From contig CAZNNQ010000007.1 of assembly GCA_964574445.1 (NCBI GenBank), forward strand, positions 1-56,936: DNA of 56,936 bases, given 5' to 3'. This document shows, one piece after another, positions 44,633-54,827 of the stretch. Made by a program: the position numbers and the translations under genes. How positions within the stretch are numbered: position 1 is the first letter of the stretch; every line of letters begins with the position of its first letter. The notes beneath the pieces were generated by a model. That model made no database searches and had not been told where the DNA came from. It was given only the letters and a program-made list of their open reading frames with translations. Origin of the DNA: an uncultured Eubacteriales bacterium. GTDB taxonomy: Bacteria > Bacillota > Peptococcia > Peptococcales > SKKY01.

Positions 44633-46047
44633 TTTACCCCAGATCTGGTGTCTTCTAACTGGACGCCAATTTCACTTAGTGAATTTCTAATTTTATCTGC
44701 TGTTGCAAAATCTTTATTTTGTTTAGCATCTTTACGAAGATCAATCAAAATCTGAATCAATTTTTCTGTAAGATCCGATTGCTGATCTTGACCCGATGCC
44801 GAAGCTGTTGCTTTTTCCATGTCTAATCCTAGCACATCTAAAAGGCTTGAGTAAACTGATAAAAGCTTTTCAGCATTATCTTTTGTCATCTCATTTTTCT
44901 TTATAAGTTTGTTAATTTCTTTGGTAAAGTCAAAAATTTCGGCGATAGCTAAGGCTGTATTAAAATCGTCATCCATTGCCCTTTTGAAATCTTTACTTGC
45001 TTCATCGGTTATTTCAAGGACTTTCTCATCTTCATCTTTTGCTGATAAAGTTTCTTGATAGTTTTTAAGTTGAAGATAGGTATTTTTAATTCTTTCTAGC
45101 GCCCGACCGCTTTCTTCAATTTTATCATGATCAAAATCTAGAGGGCTACGATAATGAGTTTCAATAAGGTAAAAACGCACAGTCAGTGGATCAAATTTTT
45201 CAAGAATCTCCCTTAATAGAAAGAAGTTTCCAACAGATTTTGACATTTTTTCCTTGTTAATAGTGATAAAACCATTGTGCATCCAATATGTCGCCATTTT
45301 CTTGCCAGTCATAGCCTCAGTTTGGGCCACTTCATTTTCATGATGAGGGAAAATTAGATCTTGGCCACCACCATGGATATCAAACTGGTCTCCCAAAAAT
45401 TTTCTGCTCATAACTGAACATTCAATGTGCCACCCGGGACGTCCTAGCCCCCAAGGGCTTTCCCAAAAAAGTTCTCCTGGTTTGGCGCTTTTCCAAAGAG
45501 CGAAATCTCCTGGATGTTTTTTTCTTTCATCAACATTGATTCGAGATCCCATTTGCATATCTTCTAGTTCTCTCCCAGAAAGTTTTCCATAGTGGTCAAA
45601 TTTTTGGATGTCATAATAAACATCTCCATCAACTTCGTAGGCAAATCCTTTGTCAATTAAGCCTTGAACAAAGGCAATAATTTCAGTTATATTTTCGCTT
45701 ACTCTAGGGTGATGAGTGGCTTTTTTGATGTTAAGTTTTTTTGTATCTTTAAAATATTCCTCAATGTATTTTTCTGCAAGGGCAAGGGGTTCCATCTTTT
45801 CCTCTGCAGCCCGGTTAATAATTTTATCATCAACATCCGTAAAGTTCTGGATGTAAGTTACTTCATATCCTGAGTATTCAAAATATCTTCTAATTGTATC
45901 AAATACGACTACGGGGCGAGCATTACCTAGGTGAATCAAGTTATAGGTAGTTGGTCCGCAGACATACATTTTCACCTTTTTCTCTTCTAGTGGAACAAAT
46001 ATCTCTTTTTGTTGTTTTTCTGTGTTATAAATTTTGATCATCGTCAA
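44620..46047 (-). CDS. cysS: Cysteinyl-tRNA synthetase
   Basis: MYVCGPT, HLGN, GRPGWHIECS, KMSKS. Confidence 0.99.
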   Translation of the reverse strand: MTMIKIYNTEKQQKEIFVPLEEKKVKMYVCGPTTYNLIHLGNARPVVVFDTIRRYFEYSGYEVTYIQNFTDVDDKIINRAAEEKMEPLALAEKYIEEYFKDTKKLNIKKATHHPRVSENITEIIAFVQGLIDKGFAYEVDGDVYYDIQKFDHYGKLSGRELEDMQMGSRINVDERKKHPGDFALWKSAKPGELFWESPWGLGRPGWHIECSVMSRKFLGDQFDIHGGGQDLIFPHHENEVAQTEAMTGKKMATYWMHNGFITINKEKMSKSVGNFFLLREILEKFDPLTVRFYLIETHYRSPLDFDHDKIEESGRALERIKNTYLQLKNYQETLSAKDEDEKVLEITDEASKDFKRAMDDDFNTALAIAEIFDFTKEINKLIKKNEMTKDNAEKLLSVYSSLLDVLGLDMEKATASASGQDQQSDLTEKLIQILIDLRKDAKQNKDFATADKIRNSLSEIGVQLEDTRSGVKWKI

Positions 46048-46711
46048 TTTCGACCTCCAGTTCTTCGACTTTTAATTCAAGTGCTTCAATTTTATCTTTG
46101 AGCAGAACAAACATCTCCTTAATTGGATCTGGAAGTTCATCGTGCTTGAGATCAATTTCATTTTTCCCAGTAGGGCGGTGGCCTGCAACAACTCGACCTG
46201 GGATACCAACAACAGTACAATTGTCCGGAACTTCTTTGAGCACTACTGAACCTGCACCAATTTTGGCATTATCTCCCACGCGAAATGAACCAAGGACTTT
46301 GGCTCCTGTACTTACAACAACATTGTCTCCCAGGGTTGGGTGACGTTTACCTTTTTCCTTACCACTACCTCCAAGGGTTACACCCTGGAAAATTGTAACA
46401 TTTTCGCCAACCTCGGCAGTTTCACCGATAACAACTCCACAACCGTGATCAATAAAAAGCCCATCACCTAATGTAGCTCCTGGATGAATCTCTATTTGAG
46501 TTAAAAAGCGAGTAAACTGGGAAATAAGACGAGCAATTAAAAAGAAATCTCGTTTGTAGAAAAAATGCGCAATCCGGTGCATCCAAATAGCATGAAGGCC
46601 TGGATAGTTAAGGACAACTTCAATCTTGCTCCTTGGCGCCGGATCTCTTTCAAATATTACGTTGACATCATTTTTCATCCGGGCAAGAATGCCCATTTTT
46701 TCTTTCTTCAT
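46025..46711 (-). CDS. cysE: Serine O-acetyltransferase
   Basis: ERDPA, IEIHPGA, FIDHG, hexapeptide repeats, KRHP. Confidence 0.97.
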   Translation of the reverse strand: MKKEKMGILARMKNDVNVIFERDPAPRSKIEVVLNYPGLHAIWMHRIAHFFYKRDFFLIARLISQFTRFLTQIEIHPGATLGDGLFIDHGCGVVIGETAEVGENVTIFQGVTLGGSGKEKGKRHPTLGDNVVVSTGAKVLGSFRVGDNAKIGAGSVVLKEVPDNCTVVGIPGRVVAGHRPTGKNEIDLKHDELPDPIKEMFVLLKDKIEALELKVEELEVEIDDDQNL

Positions 46712-46725
46712 ACAAACCTCCTTCG

Positions 46726-46806
46726 AGGGGACGCTTCCGCTGGGCTCGCTTTTTCCACAGCAATCCTTGCCCTGTGGATAAAGCGAGCCAGATGGAAGCG
46801 TCCCTT
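46726..46806. repeat. Palindromic intergenic repeat, copy 2
   Basis: AGGGGACGCTTCCGC-N9-TTTTTCCACA N13 TGTGGATAAA-N9-ATGGAAGCGTCCCTT. Boxes at 46751-46759 and 46773-46781. Confidence 0.9.
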
Positions 46807-46816
46807 CAACTTCAAT

Positions 46817-47120
46817 AAAAAAACCTATGCATCTCTGGGATCAGAGACGCATAGGTGCGTGGTTCCACTCTGGTTGAAAAACCTGTTGCCCAGCCTTAGT
46901 GACAACTTTTTGCCGGCTACTGGTTTTTCCACTCTCTGCATATAACGCTGCAAAACGGATCGGCATACTCTCCTCCTCACCATTTTCCAGGTTACTTTGG
47001 ATTTCTGCTTTTCTGCTCAGAGATGCACTTCCCTTTATCTTGTTTAAAATCCGCTTTCAGCCGCTGACAGATTCTCTCTGGTAAACCTCAATAAAGTTAC
47101 TCTTCTCTTCTTCGCATTTA
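46817..47120 (-). ncRNA. Cys-specific T-box riboswitch with terminator, upstream of cysE-cysS
   Basis: Stem I AGAGAG/GCTGAAAG, specifier GAAG-TGC-A (47025-47027), T-box CAGAGTGGAACCACG (TGGA fits tRNA-Cys U73), terminator ACCTATGC...GCATAGGTTTTTTT (46817-46856). Confidence 0.92.
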
Positions 47121-47147
47121 AATATAAATATTTGCCTTTGATTATAC

Positions 47148-48593
47148 TTAACCTTTAATGATTTTGTCAATTCTGTTCAGTGTTTTTTCTTTTCCAAGAA
47201 TTGTAACTGTATTTGCAAGATCAGGTCCGTGAAGTTCTCCTGAAATCCCAATTCTAACTGGCATAAATAATCCTTTGCCCTTTGCATTCATTTCTTTTCC
47301 AGTTGCTTTAATCGCATCTTTAACTGCAGGAGGATTAACTTCCTCTAAAGCAGCTAACTTATCTCTGAAACAACTAATTACCCCAATAGATTCTTCTTGA
47401 TCAAGTACTTCCTTTGCTTCTTCTGATATCTGAATGTCTTCCTTCATAAATTTTTCTAACTCTGTTTTTATGTCGGAAAAAGTATTAATATGATCAAATA
47501 AAGCTTCTGCAACGTAGTTCAACCAAATTTCTTGCTCTTCTGGAGATTTTTCTTCTAAATATTCACCTAGGAAGGGACGGATTCCTTCAGCCACCTTTTC
47601 CATAGGAAGGTTTCTAATATATATACCATTTACCCATTTCAATTTTTCAAAATCAAAAACTGCAGGGTTCTTAGCAACTCTATCTAATGAAAACTGCTGA
47701 ATAAGCTCTTCCATAGAAAAAATTTCTTCTTCTGTTGAAGGAGACCAACCAAGTAATGCTAAAAAGTTAACTAAGGCTTCTGGAAGATATCCAGCCTCTT
47801 GATATTGTACAACACTTGTCGCTCCATCTCTCTTACTCATTTTTTTCTTATCTTTACCTAAAATTAAGGAAATATGAGCAAATTCAGGTTTATCCCAGCC
47901 AAGGGCATCATACAGGACAAGCTGTCTTGGAGTATTTGATAAATGCTCTTCCCCACGAATTACGTGGGTAATCTTCATGTAGTGATCATCCATAACAACC
48001 GCAAAATTATAGGTTGCAATACCATCCGACTTGATAATTACATAATCTCCAACACCATTAGATTCAAAACTTACAGTTCCACGAACCTGATCTTCAATAA
48101 TAAGAACTTTATCTGCTGGAACTTTAAAACGAACAACAGGCTTCCTGCCTTCAGCAATATAGGCATCTCGTTGTTCTTTTGTAAGATTACGACATTTCCC
48201 ACTATAAATTGGCATTCTTCCCTCAGCCATAGCAGCTTCTCTGTCAGCCTCAATTTCTTCTTGGCTACAAAAACATTCATAAGCCATATCCTTTTCGATC
48301 AGCTCTTGGGCATGCTTTCTATATAGATCCAATCTCTCACTTTGACGATAAGGACCTTGGTCTCCGCCTACTTCTATACCTTCATCCCATGTAATTCCCA
48401 ACCAACGCATGGAGTCGAGAATATTTTTTTCAGACTCTCTGTTGGATCTTTCTAAATCTGTATCTTCAATTCTTACAATAAATTTTCCATCTCTGCCTTT
48501 AGCATAAAGATAATTAAATAATGCTGACCTAGCTCCTCCAATATGTAGGGGCCCTGTTGGGCTTGGAGCAAATCTTACACGAATCTGAGACAT
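47148..48593 (-). CDS. gltX: Glutamyl-tRNA synthetase
   Basis: RFAPSPTG.LHIGG, KMSKR. Confidence 0.99.
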   Translation of the reverse strand: MSQIRVRFAPSPTGPLHIGGARSALFNYLYAKGRDGKFIVRIEDTDLERSNRESEKNILDSMRWLGITWDEGIEVGGDQGPYRQSERLDLYRKHAQELIEKDMAYECFCSQEEIEADREAAMAEGRMPIYSGKCRNLTKEQRDAYIAEGRKPVVRFKVPADKVLIIEDQVRGTVSFESNGVGDYVIIKSDGIATYNFAVVMDDHYMKITHVIRGEEHLSNTPRQLVLYDALGWDKPEFAHISLILGKDKKKMSKRDGATSVVQYQEAGYLPEALVNFLALLGWSPSTEEEIFSMEELIQQFSLDRVAKNPAVFDFEKLKWVNGIYIRNLPMEKVAEGIRPFLGEYLEEKSPEEQEIWLNYVAEALFDHINTFSDIKTELEKFMKEDIQISEEAKEVLDQEESIGVISCFRDKLAALEEVNPPAVKDAIKATGKEMNAKGKGLFMPVRIGISGELHGPDLANTVTILGKEKTLNRIDKIIKG

Positions 48594-49096
48594 TATATTT
48601 CCCCCATTTTTATATCTTCTACTTTATATATAGTACAAACAGCAAAGGCGGCAATACCTTCTTCCCGCCCTGTAAAGCCAAGTTTTTCTGTAGTTGTAGC
48701 TTTAATGTTAATATCCTCAGCTGAAAGATTCATCACCTGAGCATAGTTATTTACCATTTTATCAATATAGACTGCCATTTTTGGACGTTCTGCTGCAATT
48801 GTGGCATCTATATTATTTACTTGATATCCTTTTTCTCTAATAATCTCCAAGGTTCTCTTCAGCAAGTCTATGCTGAAAGCTCCTTTAAACTCAGAAGATG
48901 AATCAGGGAAATGCTTGCCAATATCCCCACAGGCTGCAGCCCCTAAAAGTGCATCCATAATAGCATGGGTAAGGACATCCGCATCGGAATGACCTTGAAG
49001 TCCTAGCACAAATGGAATTTCCACTCCTCCTAGAACCAGCTTCCGGTCTTCTGCAAAGGCGTGGACATCAAAACCAAAACCAGTCCTAATTTTCAT
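48593..49096 (-). CDS. ispF: 2-C-methyl-D-erythritol 2,4-cyclodiphosphate synthase
   Basis: GFDVH, GHSDADV..HA, KATTTE.LGFTGR. Confidence 0.98.
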   Translation of the reverse strand: MKIRTGFGFDVHAFAEDRKLVLGGVEIPFVLGLQGHSDADVLTHAIMDALLGAAACGDIGKHFPDSSSEFKGAFSIDLLKRTLEIIREKGYQVNNIDATIAAERPKMAVYIDKMVNNYAQVMNLSAEDINIKATTTEKLGFTGREEGIAAFAVCTIYKVEDIKMGEI

Positions 49097-49803
49097 GTTG
49101 AAACATCCTCCTGAATCAATTCAAGAATTTTTTCTCCAAGTTTATAATCTTCAAAAGCTGTAATCTTGATATTAAGATAATCGCCCCTAAATATTTTTAC
49201 AGGAACATTAATCTTTTCAACCATAGATGAATCATCAGTAAATAAATGATATTTCCCCTCAGCTTCTTTAAAAGCCTGAGTTATAATTTCCCTTCGAAAA
49301 CCTTGAGGAGTTTGAATTTCCCAAACATCTTCTCTGGGGATTGTATTAATAATAAATGAGTCCTTAATTTTTTTAATCGTATTTTTTTCTGGAACACCCA
49401 TAACCAAAGCAGCTTCATTACTTAAGTTTTGAATAAAATCTCTAATCAGCTCTTTTTTAATAAAAGGACGGGCTCCATCATGAATAATCACATAATCTAC
49501 CTCAGGTGAAGTTTCTTGCAACCCTTTATATACAGATTCCTGCCTTGTGGAGCCTCCAGAAATTACTTTTTTAACTTTTTTAAATCCATATTTTTTTGTA
49601 ACTTCATTTGTACAATATTCAACTTCTTTTAAAGCAGCTACAACAATTATTTCAACAATCTCCGGAATCCCGTGAAAGCACTCAATAGTGTGAGCCAGCA
49701 CCGGCTTATCTCCAAGCTCAAGGTATTGCTTATTTTTTTCTGTTTTCATCCGTGAACCTGTGCCTGCTGCAGGAATAATAAGAGACACCTTCATATCTCC
49801 CAC
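49093..49803 (-). CDS. ispD: 2-C-methyl-D-erythritol 4-phosphate cytidylyltransferase
   Basis: PAAGTGSRM, IHDGARP, QTPQGF, TDD, NIKIT. Confidence 0.97.
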   Translation of the reverse strand: MGDMKVSLIIPAAGTGSRMKTEKNKQYLELGDKPVLAHTIECFHGIPEIVEIIVVAALKEVEYCTNEVTKKYGFKKVKKVISGGSTRQESVYKGLQETSPEVDYVIIHDGARPFIKKELIRDFIQNLSNEAALVMGVPEKNTIKKIKDSFIINTIPREDVWEIQTPQGFRREIITQAFKEAEGKYHLFTDDSSMVEKINVPVKIFRGDYLNIKITAFEDYKLGEKILELIQEDVST

Positions 49804-50892
49804 CTACCCTTCTCCATTACCAATCTTTGCGAAGATCATTCTTCCCGCAGATGTTTGAAGAGCACTTGTAACCATAACTTCCATTGTTCTTCCTAAGTAA
49901 TCACGGCCTTCTTCAACAACAATCATTGTACCATCATCAAGATACCCAATACCTTGTTTACCTGTTTTACCTTCTTTTACTATCTCAACCACCATAGTAT
50001 CTCCAGGAATAACAACAGGCTTAAGAGCATTCGCTAAATCATTAATATTTAGAACTTGAAGCCCTTGTAATTGGGCTACCTTATTTAAGTTGTAATCATT
50101 TGTCACAATATGTCCATTTAAAACCTGAGATAATTTAACAAGCTTACTATCAACTTCCTGAATCTCAGGGAAATCATCATTAATAATTCTTACCTCAATA
50201 TCATCGCCACTAGAGATAAGATTCAAAATATCCAAACCACGACGCCCTTTATTTCTTTTAAGTAAATCTGAGGAGTCTGCTATATGACGTAATTCTTCCA
50301 AAACAAAATTCGGGATAACTAATGGTCCTTCAATAAAACCAGTTTTTACAATATCAAGAATTCTGCCATCAATAATTACACTTGTATCAAGAACTTTAGG
50401 AACCTCTGAATTTTTTTTGCTATCTAACTGAGAAACTTTCTCACGAGCTTCTGTTCTAAAAAAATTTCTTCCGGCAAATATGTCTTCCTTTTTGCTGGTT
50501 CCAACAATCATACCGATATATCCTAAAAGTACAGCAAGAATAACTGAGAATATGTATCCGACAAAAGGAACTTTTGAAAGATAAATTCCAATAAAGCTGG
50601 CAACTATTAGTCCAGTAATAAGACCTAGGATTCCACCAATAAGATCTAAAATTGGCATTCTCTGAAGTAGACAAACAAAATAACGCACGGATGAAGCAAC
50701 CCCACCTACAATAAAAGGAGCAAGTTTATAACCAAGTCCTGCAAGTGCTATTCCGGGAACTATAATCATCCACAATCTAGGATCAGGTATAGTACTTCCA
50801 GCAAGAATGTCATTAACAAGGAAATCCCCGATGATTACACCGACTAATCCGAATATAAAAACAACCACAATACCAGCAATTTTCTTACCCAC
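49804..50892 (-). CDS. yacL: Membrane PIN/TRAM domain protein (YacL family)
   Basis: N-terminal TM helices, LDTSVIIDGRI, GYLDDGTM, QTSAGRMIFA. Confidence 0.95.
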   Translation of the reverse strand: MGKKIAGIVVVFIFGLVGVIIGDFLVNDILAGSTIPDPRLWMIIVPGIALAGLGYKLAPFIVGGVASSVRYFVCLLQRMPILDLIGGILGLITGLIVASFIGIYLSKVPFVGYIFSVILAVLLGYIGMIVGTSKKEDIFAGRNFFRTEAREKVSQLDSKKNSEVPKVLDTSVIIDGRILDIVKTGFIEGPLVIPNFVLEELRHIADSSDLLKRNKGRRGLDILNLISSGDDIEVRIINDDFPEIQEVDSKLVKLSQVLNGHIVTNDYNLNKVAQLQGLQVLNINDLANALKPVVIPGDTMVVEIVKEGKTGKQGIGYLDDGTMIVVEEGRDYLGRTMEVMVTSALQTSAGRMIFAKIGNGEG

Positions 50893-50923
50893 TATTTCAC
50901 CTCCTCTTTAAAGCATAAACATT

Positions 50924-50952
50924 ATTATAATAGCATTTATTAATAATATCAA
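50924..50952 (-). promoter_or_regulatory. Putative sigma-A promoter of yacL-ispDF-gltX
   Basis: TTGATA-17-TATAAT. Confidence 0.6.
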
Positions 50953-50971
50953 TTGACATAATGTTATGAAT

Positions 50972-52321
50972 TTATGAATTTATGAATAATATTCCATCAC
51001 TGATGTTTTTTGCTTTATGAAGCTCAATTTTAGCTTCTTTATAAGTACTTTTATTATTATATGGGACTAATGCTTTGGCAAACCCCATTTTTTCTGCTTC
51101 TCTGATTCTTTTTTCCAAATTGGATACACTACGCACCTCACCGGAAAGGCCAACCTCTCCAAGAACAATCATATCTTGGTCGATACTCTTATTCCGATAA
51201 CTTGAAACAATAGCCATCGCGATTGCTAAATCTACAGCAGGTTCGGCAATTTTTATTCCGCCTACAATGTTAACATAGATATCACTACCAGAAAGATGAA
51301 TCCCCAGTTTTTTTTCAAGGACTGCAATAATCATATTAATTCTATTGTAATCATAACCTGTTGTAACTCTTCGTCCTTGATTGTAGTGACTTTCACTGAC
51401 TAAGGCTTGAATTTCAAGAAGAATAGCTCTGCTACCTTCGTAAATAGCCGTAATTACTGAACCAGGTTCATTTCCAGCCCTCTCCTGAAGTAAAAACTTT
51501 GAGGGATTAGGGACTTCTTTAAGTCCTTCATTTACCATTTCAAAAATCCCAATTTCTGAAGATGAACCAAAGCGGTTTTTATAACTTCGAAGACTTCTGT
51601 ACTGATAGTATTTTTCTCCTTCAAAATAGAGAACAACATCCACCATGTGTTCTAGTAGTTTAGGTCCAGCGATACCACCATCTTTAGTTATATGTCCAAC
51701 AATCATTACAGTTAACCCAGAGTTCTTTGCAAGTTTTAAAAGTTTACCACTAATTTCCCTAGCCTGACTAATCGTTCCAGGAGCAGAATCTATTTCACTT
51801 GTATAAATTGTCTGAATTGAATCGATGATTAAAAATTCCGGATCCTCTTTTTCAACGATTTTACTTATATTTTCAAAATTATTTTCTGCTGATATCAAGA
51901 TTTCTTGATTAGTAATACCTAGGCGATTTCCTCTGTATTTAATTTGTTCCTTAGACTCTTCACCACTACAGTAAAGAACTTTATAGTTTTCCCCAAGTTT
52001 TTTAGCAATTTGTAAAACCAATGTTGATTTTCCAATCCCCGGCTCACCAGAAAGAAGAATTAGTTCTCCTGCTATAAAACCTCCCCCAAGAACTCGATCA
52101 ACCTCCGGAAAACCACTAGATACTCGCATTTCTTTTTTTATTTGGATTTCACCAATCTTTTCCGGTGCCGCGGCCTCTCTGGGAAGAAGAGTTTTTGTTG
52201 TAATCTTTTCTTCCTCGGCAAAACTGTTCCAAGTATCACAGTCAGGACATTTTCCTAACCATTTTAGACTTTCATACCCACAATTAGTGCAATAAAAAAC
52301 AACCTTTGATTTTTTTTTCAC
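50972..52321 (-). CDS. radA: DNA repair protein RadA/Sms
   Basis: CTNCG...CPDC Zn finger, GEPGIGKST, KNRFG. Probable GTG start 52321. Confidence 0.97.
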   Translation of the reverse strand: MKKKSKVVFYCTNCGYESLKWLGKCPDCDTWNSFAEEEKITTKTLLPREAAAPEKIGEIQIKKEMRVSSGFPEVDRVLGGGFIAGELILLSGEPGIGKSTLVLQIAKKLGENYKVLYCSGEESKEQIKYRGNRLGITNQEILISAENNFENISKIVEKEDPEFLIIDSIQTIYTSEIDSAPGTISQAREISGKLLKLAKNSGLTVMIVGHITKDGGIAGPKLLEHMVDVVLYFEGEKYYQYRSLRSYKNRFGSSSEIGIFEMVNEGLKEVPNPSKFLLQERAGNEPGSVITAIYEGSRAILLEIQALVSESHYNQGRRVTTGYDYNRINMIIAVLEKKLGIHLSGSDIYVNIVGGIKIAEPAVDLAIAMAIVSSYRNKSIDQDMIVLGEVGLSGEVRSVSNLEKRIREAEKMGFAKALVPYNNKSTYKEAKIELHKAKNISDGILFINS

Positions 52322-52331
52322 AAGAATCACC

Positions 52332-52361
52332 AAAAGCCCTTCTTTTATAAAAAGAAGGGCT
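52332..52361 (-). terminator. Hairpin, possible partial terminator between clpC and radA
   Basis: AGCCCTTCTTTT-N3-AAAAGAAGGGCT followed by TTT. Confidence 0.55.
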
Positions 52362-52370
52362 ATCCTTTAT

Positions 52371-54815
52371 TTATTTTGAAATAACAATTTTTCCATCTGC
52401 TTCTTTAACAAAAATATGATCTCCAGCTTTAAATTCACCTTTAAGAAGTTCATCGGCTAAAGCATCCTCTATTAGTCTCTGAATAGCACGACGTAATGGT
52501 CTTGCCCCATACTCACTATCAAAACCTTCTTTAGCTATTAGGGTCTTTGCCTCTGGGCTTACTTCGATAGTCATTTCATTTTCCTCTAAACGGTTTTTAA
52601 TTTCTTTAAGCATTAAATCAACGATCTCTTTAATATGACTTTCTTCTAAACTGTGGAAAACGATAGAATCATCAATACGGTTTAAAAATTCTGGTTTAAA
52701 AGATTTCTTCATTGCATCTAAAACTCTTTTTTTCATTTCTCCAAAGGTATCTTCCGCTGTTTTTTCTCTATTAAAGCCTAGAGATCCTGTTTTCTTCATT
52801 TCACTTGCTCCAAGATTTGAAGTCATAATAAGAACTGTATTGCGGAAGTTCACTGTGCGACCCTTACTATCTGTAAGACGTCCATCTTCCATTACTTGAA
52901 GAAGAATATTAAATACTTCAGGATGAGCCTTTTCAATTTCATCAAAAAGAATCACTGAGTAAGGTTTTCTGCGAATAATCTCTGTTAATTGTCCACCTTC
53001 ATCATGACCAACATAGCCTGGAGGGGAACCAATTAATCTGGAGATAGCGTGTTTTTCCATGTACTCACTCATGTCAATTCTCACAAGGGAATCTTCTGAA
53101 CCAAAAAGGGACTCTGCTAATGCTCTAGCTAGCTCTGTTTTACCTACTCCTGTTGGACCAAGAAAAATAAAGGATCCGATAGGACGCTTTGGACTCTTTA
53201 GTCCTGCACGGGCACGGCGAACAGCTTTTGAGATAGCTTTGATTGCTTCATCTTGTCCAATAACTCTTTTGTGAAGAACCTCTTCCAATTTAAGAAGCTT
53301 GTCGCTCTCTTCTTGAGCAATTTTTTGTACTGGAATTCCTGTCCAGCTAGAAACAATTTGAGCTATATCTTCTTCTGTAACTTCTTGAACAGTACCAATA
53401 TTTTTATTTTTCCACTCTTCTCTAAGAGCTTCGATTTCTTCTTTAAGTTTTCTTTCATCATCTCTTAACTTTGCCGCTTTTTCAAAATCTTGCTGAACAA
53501 CTGCAGATTCTTTTTCACTACGAAGTTCTTCAATTTTTTCTTCCATTTCTTTCAAGTTGTCCGGAACTGTTCCTACTCTTAAATGAACTTTGGAAGAAGC
53601 TTCATCAATAAGATCAATGGCTTTATCCGGAAGATAACGGTCTGTAATATAGCGATCGGATAACTTAACTGCTGCCTTTACAGCTTCATCCTTAATTCTC
53701 ACACTATGATGAGCTTCATAACGATCACGAAGACCTAGTAAAATTTGTTCTGCTTCCTCTAATGTTGGTTCATTAACCTGTATCGGTTGGAATCTACGCT
53801 CAAGGGCAGGATCTTTTTCTACATATTTTCTATATTCATCAAGAGTTGTTGCTCCAATAGTTTGTAATTCCCCACGAGCAAGGGCGGGCTTAAGAATATT
53901 AGCTGCGTCAATTGCTCCCTCAGCAGCACCTGCACCAATCAAAGTATGCATCTCATCTATAAAAAGAATTACGTTCCCTGCCTTTTTAATTTCAGACATA
54001 ACTTTTTTAAGACGTTCTTCAAATTCACCTCTATACTTTGATCCAGCAATAAGAGAACCCATCTCAAGAGATATAACCCTTTTCCCTTTAAGAATTTCCG
54101 GGACATCTCCATCTACAATTTTTTGGGCTAAACCTTCAGCGATAGCTGTTTTACCTACTCCAGGTTCACCAATCAACACTGGGTTGTTTTTTGTGCGACG
54201 GCTAAGAACCTGAATAACTCTCTCAATTTCATTTTGTCTGCCAATTACTGGGTCTATCTGGTTTTCTTTAGCTAATTTTGTTAAATCGTTTCCATATTCA
54301 TCAAGAGTACTCTGTTTTGCCTGTTCTTCTCTGGTTTTGGAATACTCTCTATTTTTCTTTGTATTATCATTTGCCATATTGCCTCCAAGAAGAGCCCATA
54401 CTTGTTTACGGATCTTTTCTGGATTTACTCCTAGATTCAAGAGAACTTGAGCGGCAACACCTTCTCCTTCACGAATTAATCCAAGAAGAATATGTTCTGT
54501 GCCGACATAGGTTACTCCCCATTTTCCCGCTTCATCTTGAGCAAGGCTAAGGACTTTCTTAGCACGAGGGGTGAAAGAAATGTCTTTTGTTGGGGCATCT
54601 GAAACTTTTTTTATGGATTTTTGAATCAATTCTCTTGTTTTTTCTAAATCAACATCTAGGGATATTAATGCTTTGGCACCAATTCCTTCACCTTCCCTTA
54701 ATAGGCCTAGAAGAATATGTTCTGTGCCTGTAGCTGGATGACCAAGTTGAATAGCCTCCTCTTGGGCAAAAGTTATAACTTTTTGTGCTCTTTCTGTAAA
54801 AAACATTCCAAACAT
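52371..54815 (-). CDS. clpC: ATP-dependent Clp protease ATP-binding subunit ClpC
   Basis: Double Clp-N repeats, GEPGVGKT and GPTGVGKT Walker A motifs, UVR M-domain, LGF loop. Confidence 0.98.
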   Translation of the reverse strand: MFGMFFTERAQKVITFAQEEAIQLGHPATGTEHILLGLLREGEGIGAKALISLDVDLEKTRELIQKSIKKVSDAPTKDISFTPRAKKVLSLAQDEAGKWGVTYVGTEHILLGLIREGEGVAAQVLLNLGVNPEKIRKQVWALLGGNMANDNTKKNREYSKTREEQAKQSTLDEYGNDLTKLAKENQIDPVIGRQNEIERVIQVLSRRTKNNPVLIGEPGVGKTAIAEGLAQKIVDGDVPEILKGKRVISLEMGSLIAGSKYRGEFEERLKKVMSEIKKAGNVILFIDEMHTLIGAGAAEGAIDAANILKPALARGELQTIGATTLDEYRKYVEKDPALERRFQPIQVNEPTLEEAEQILLGLRDRYEAHHSVRIKDEAVKAAVKLSDRYITDRYLPDKAIDLIDEASSKVHLRVGTVPDNLKEMEEKIEELRSEKESAVVQQDFEKAAKLRDDERKLKEEIEALREEWKNKNIGTVQEVTEEDIAQIVSSWTGIPVQKIAQEESDKLLKLEEVLHKRVIGQDEAIKAISKAVRRARAGLKSPKRPIGSFIFLGPTGVGKTELARALAESLFGSEDSLVRIDMSEYMEKHAISRLIGSPPGYVGHDEGGQLTEIIRRKPYSVILFDEIEKAHPEVFNILLQVMEDGRLTDSKGRTVNFRNTVLIMTSNLGASEMKKTGSLGFNREKTAEDTFGEMKKRVLDAMKKSFKPEFLNRIDDSIVFHSLEESHIKEIVDLMLKEIKNRLEENEMTIEVSPEAKTLIAKEGFDSEYGARPLRRAIQRLIEDALADELLKGEFKAGDHIFVKEADGKIVISK

Positions 54816-54827
54816 AGTGATGCCTCC

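Noticed and set aside
46565-47084. Plus-strand ORFs 46565..46945 and 46899..47084
   Set aside because: They are antisense to cysE, the repeat and the T-box leader.
54450-54730. Repeated AGAAGAATATGTTCTGTGCC in clpC and shared segments in ecfA1/ecfA2
   Set aside because: Explained by the normal tandem Clp-N repeats and by paralogous ABC signature motifs.
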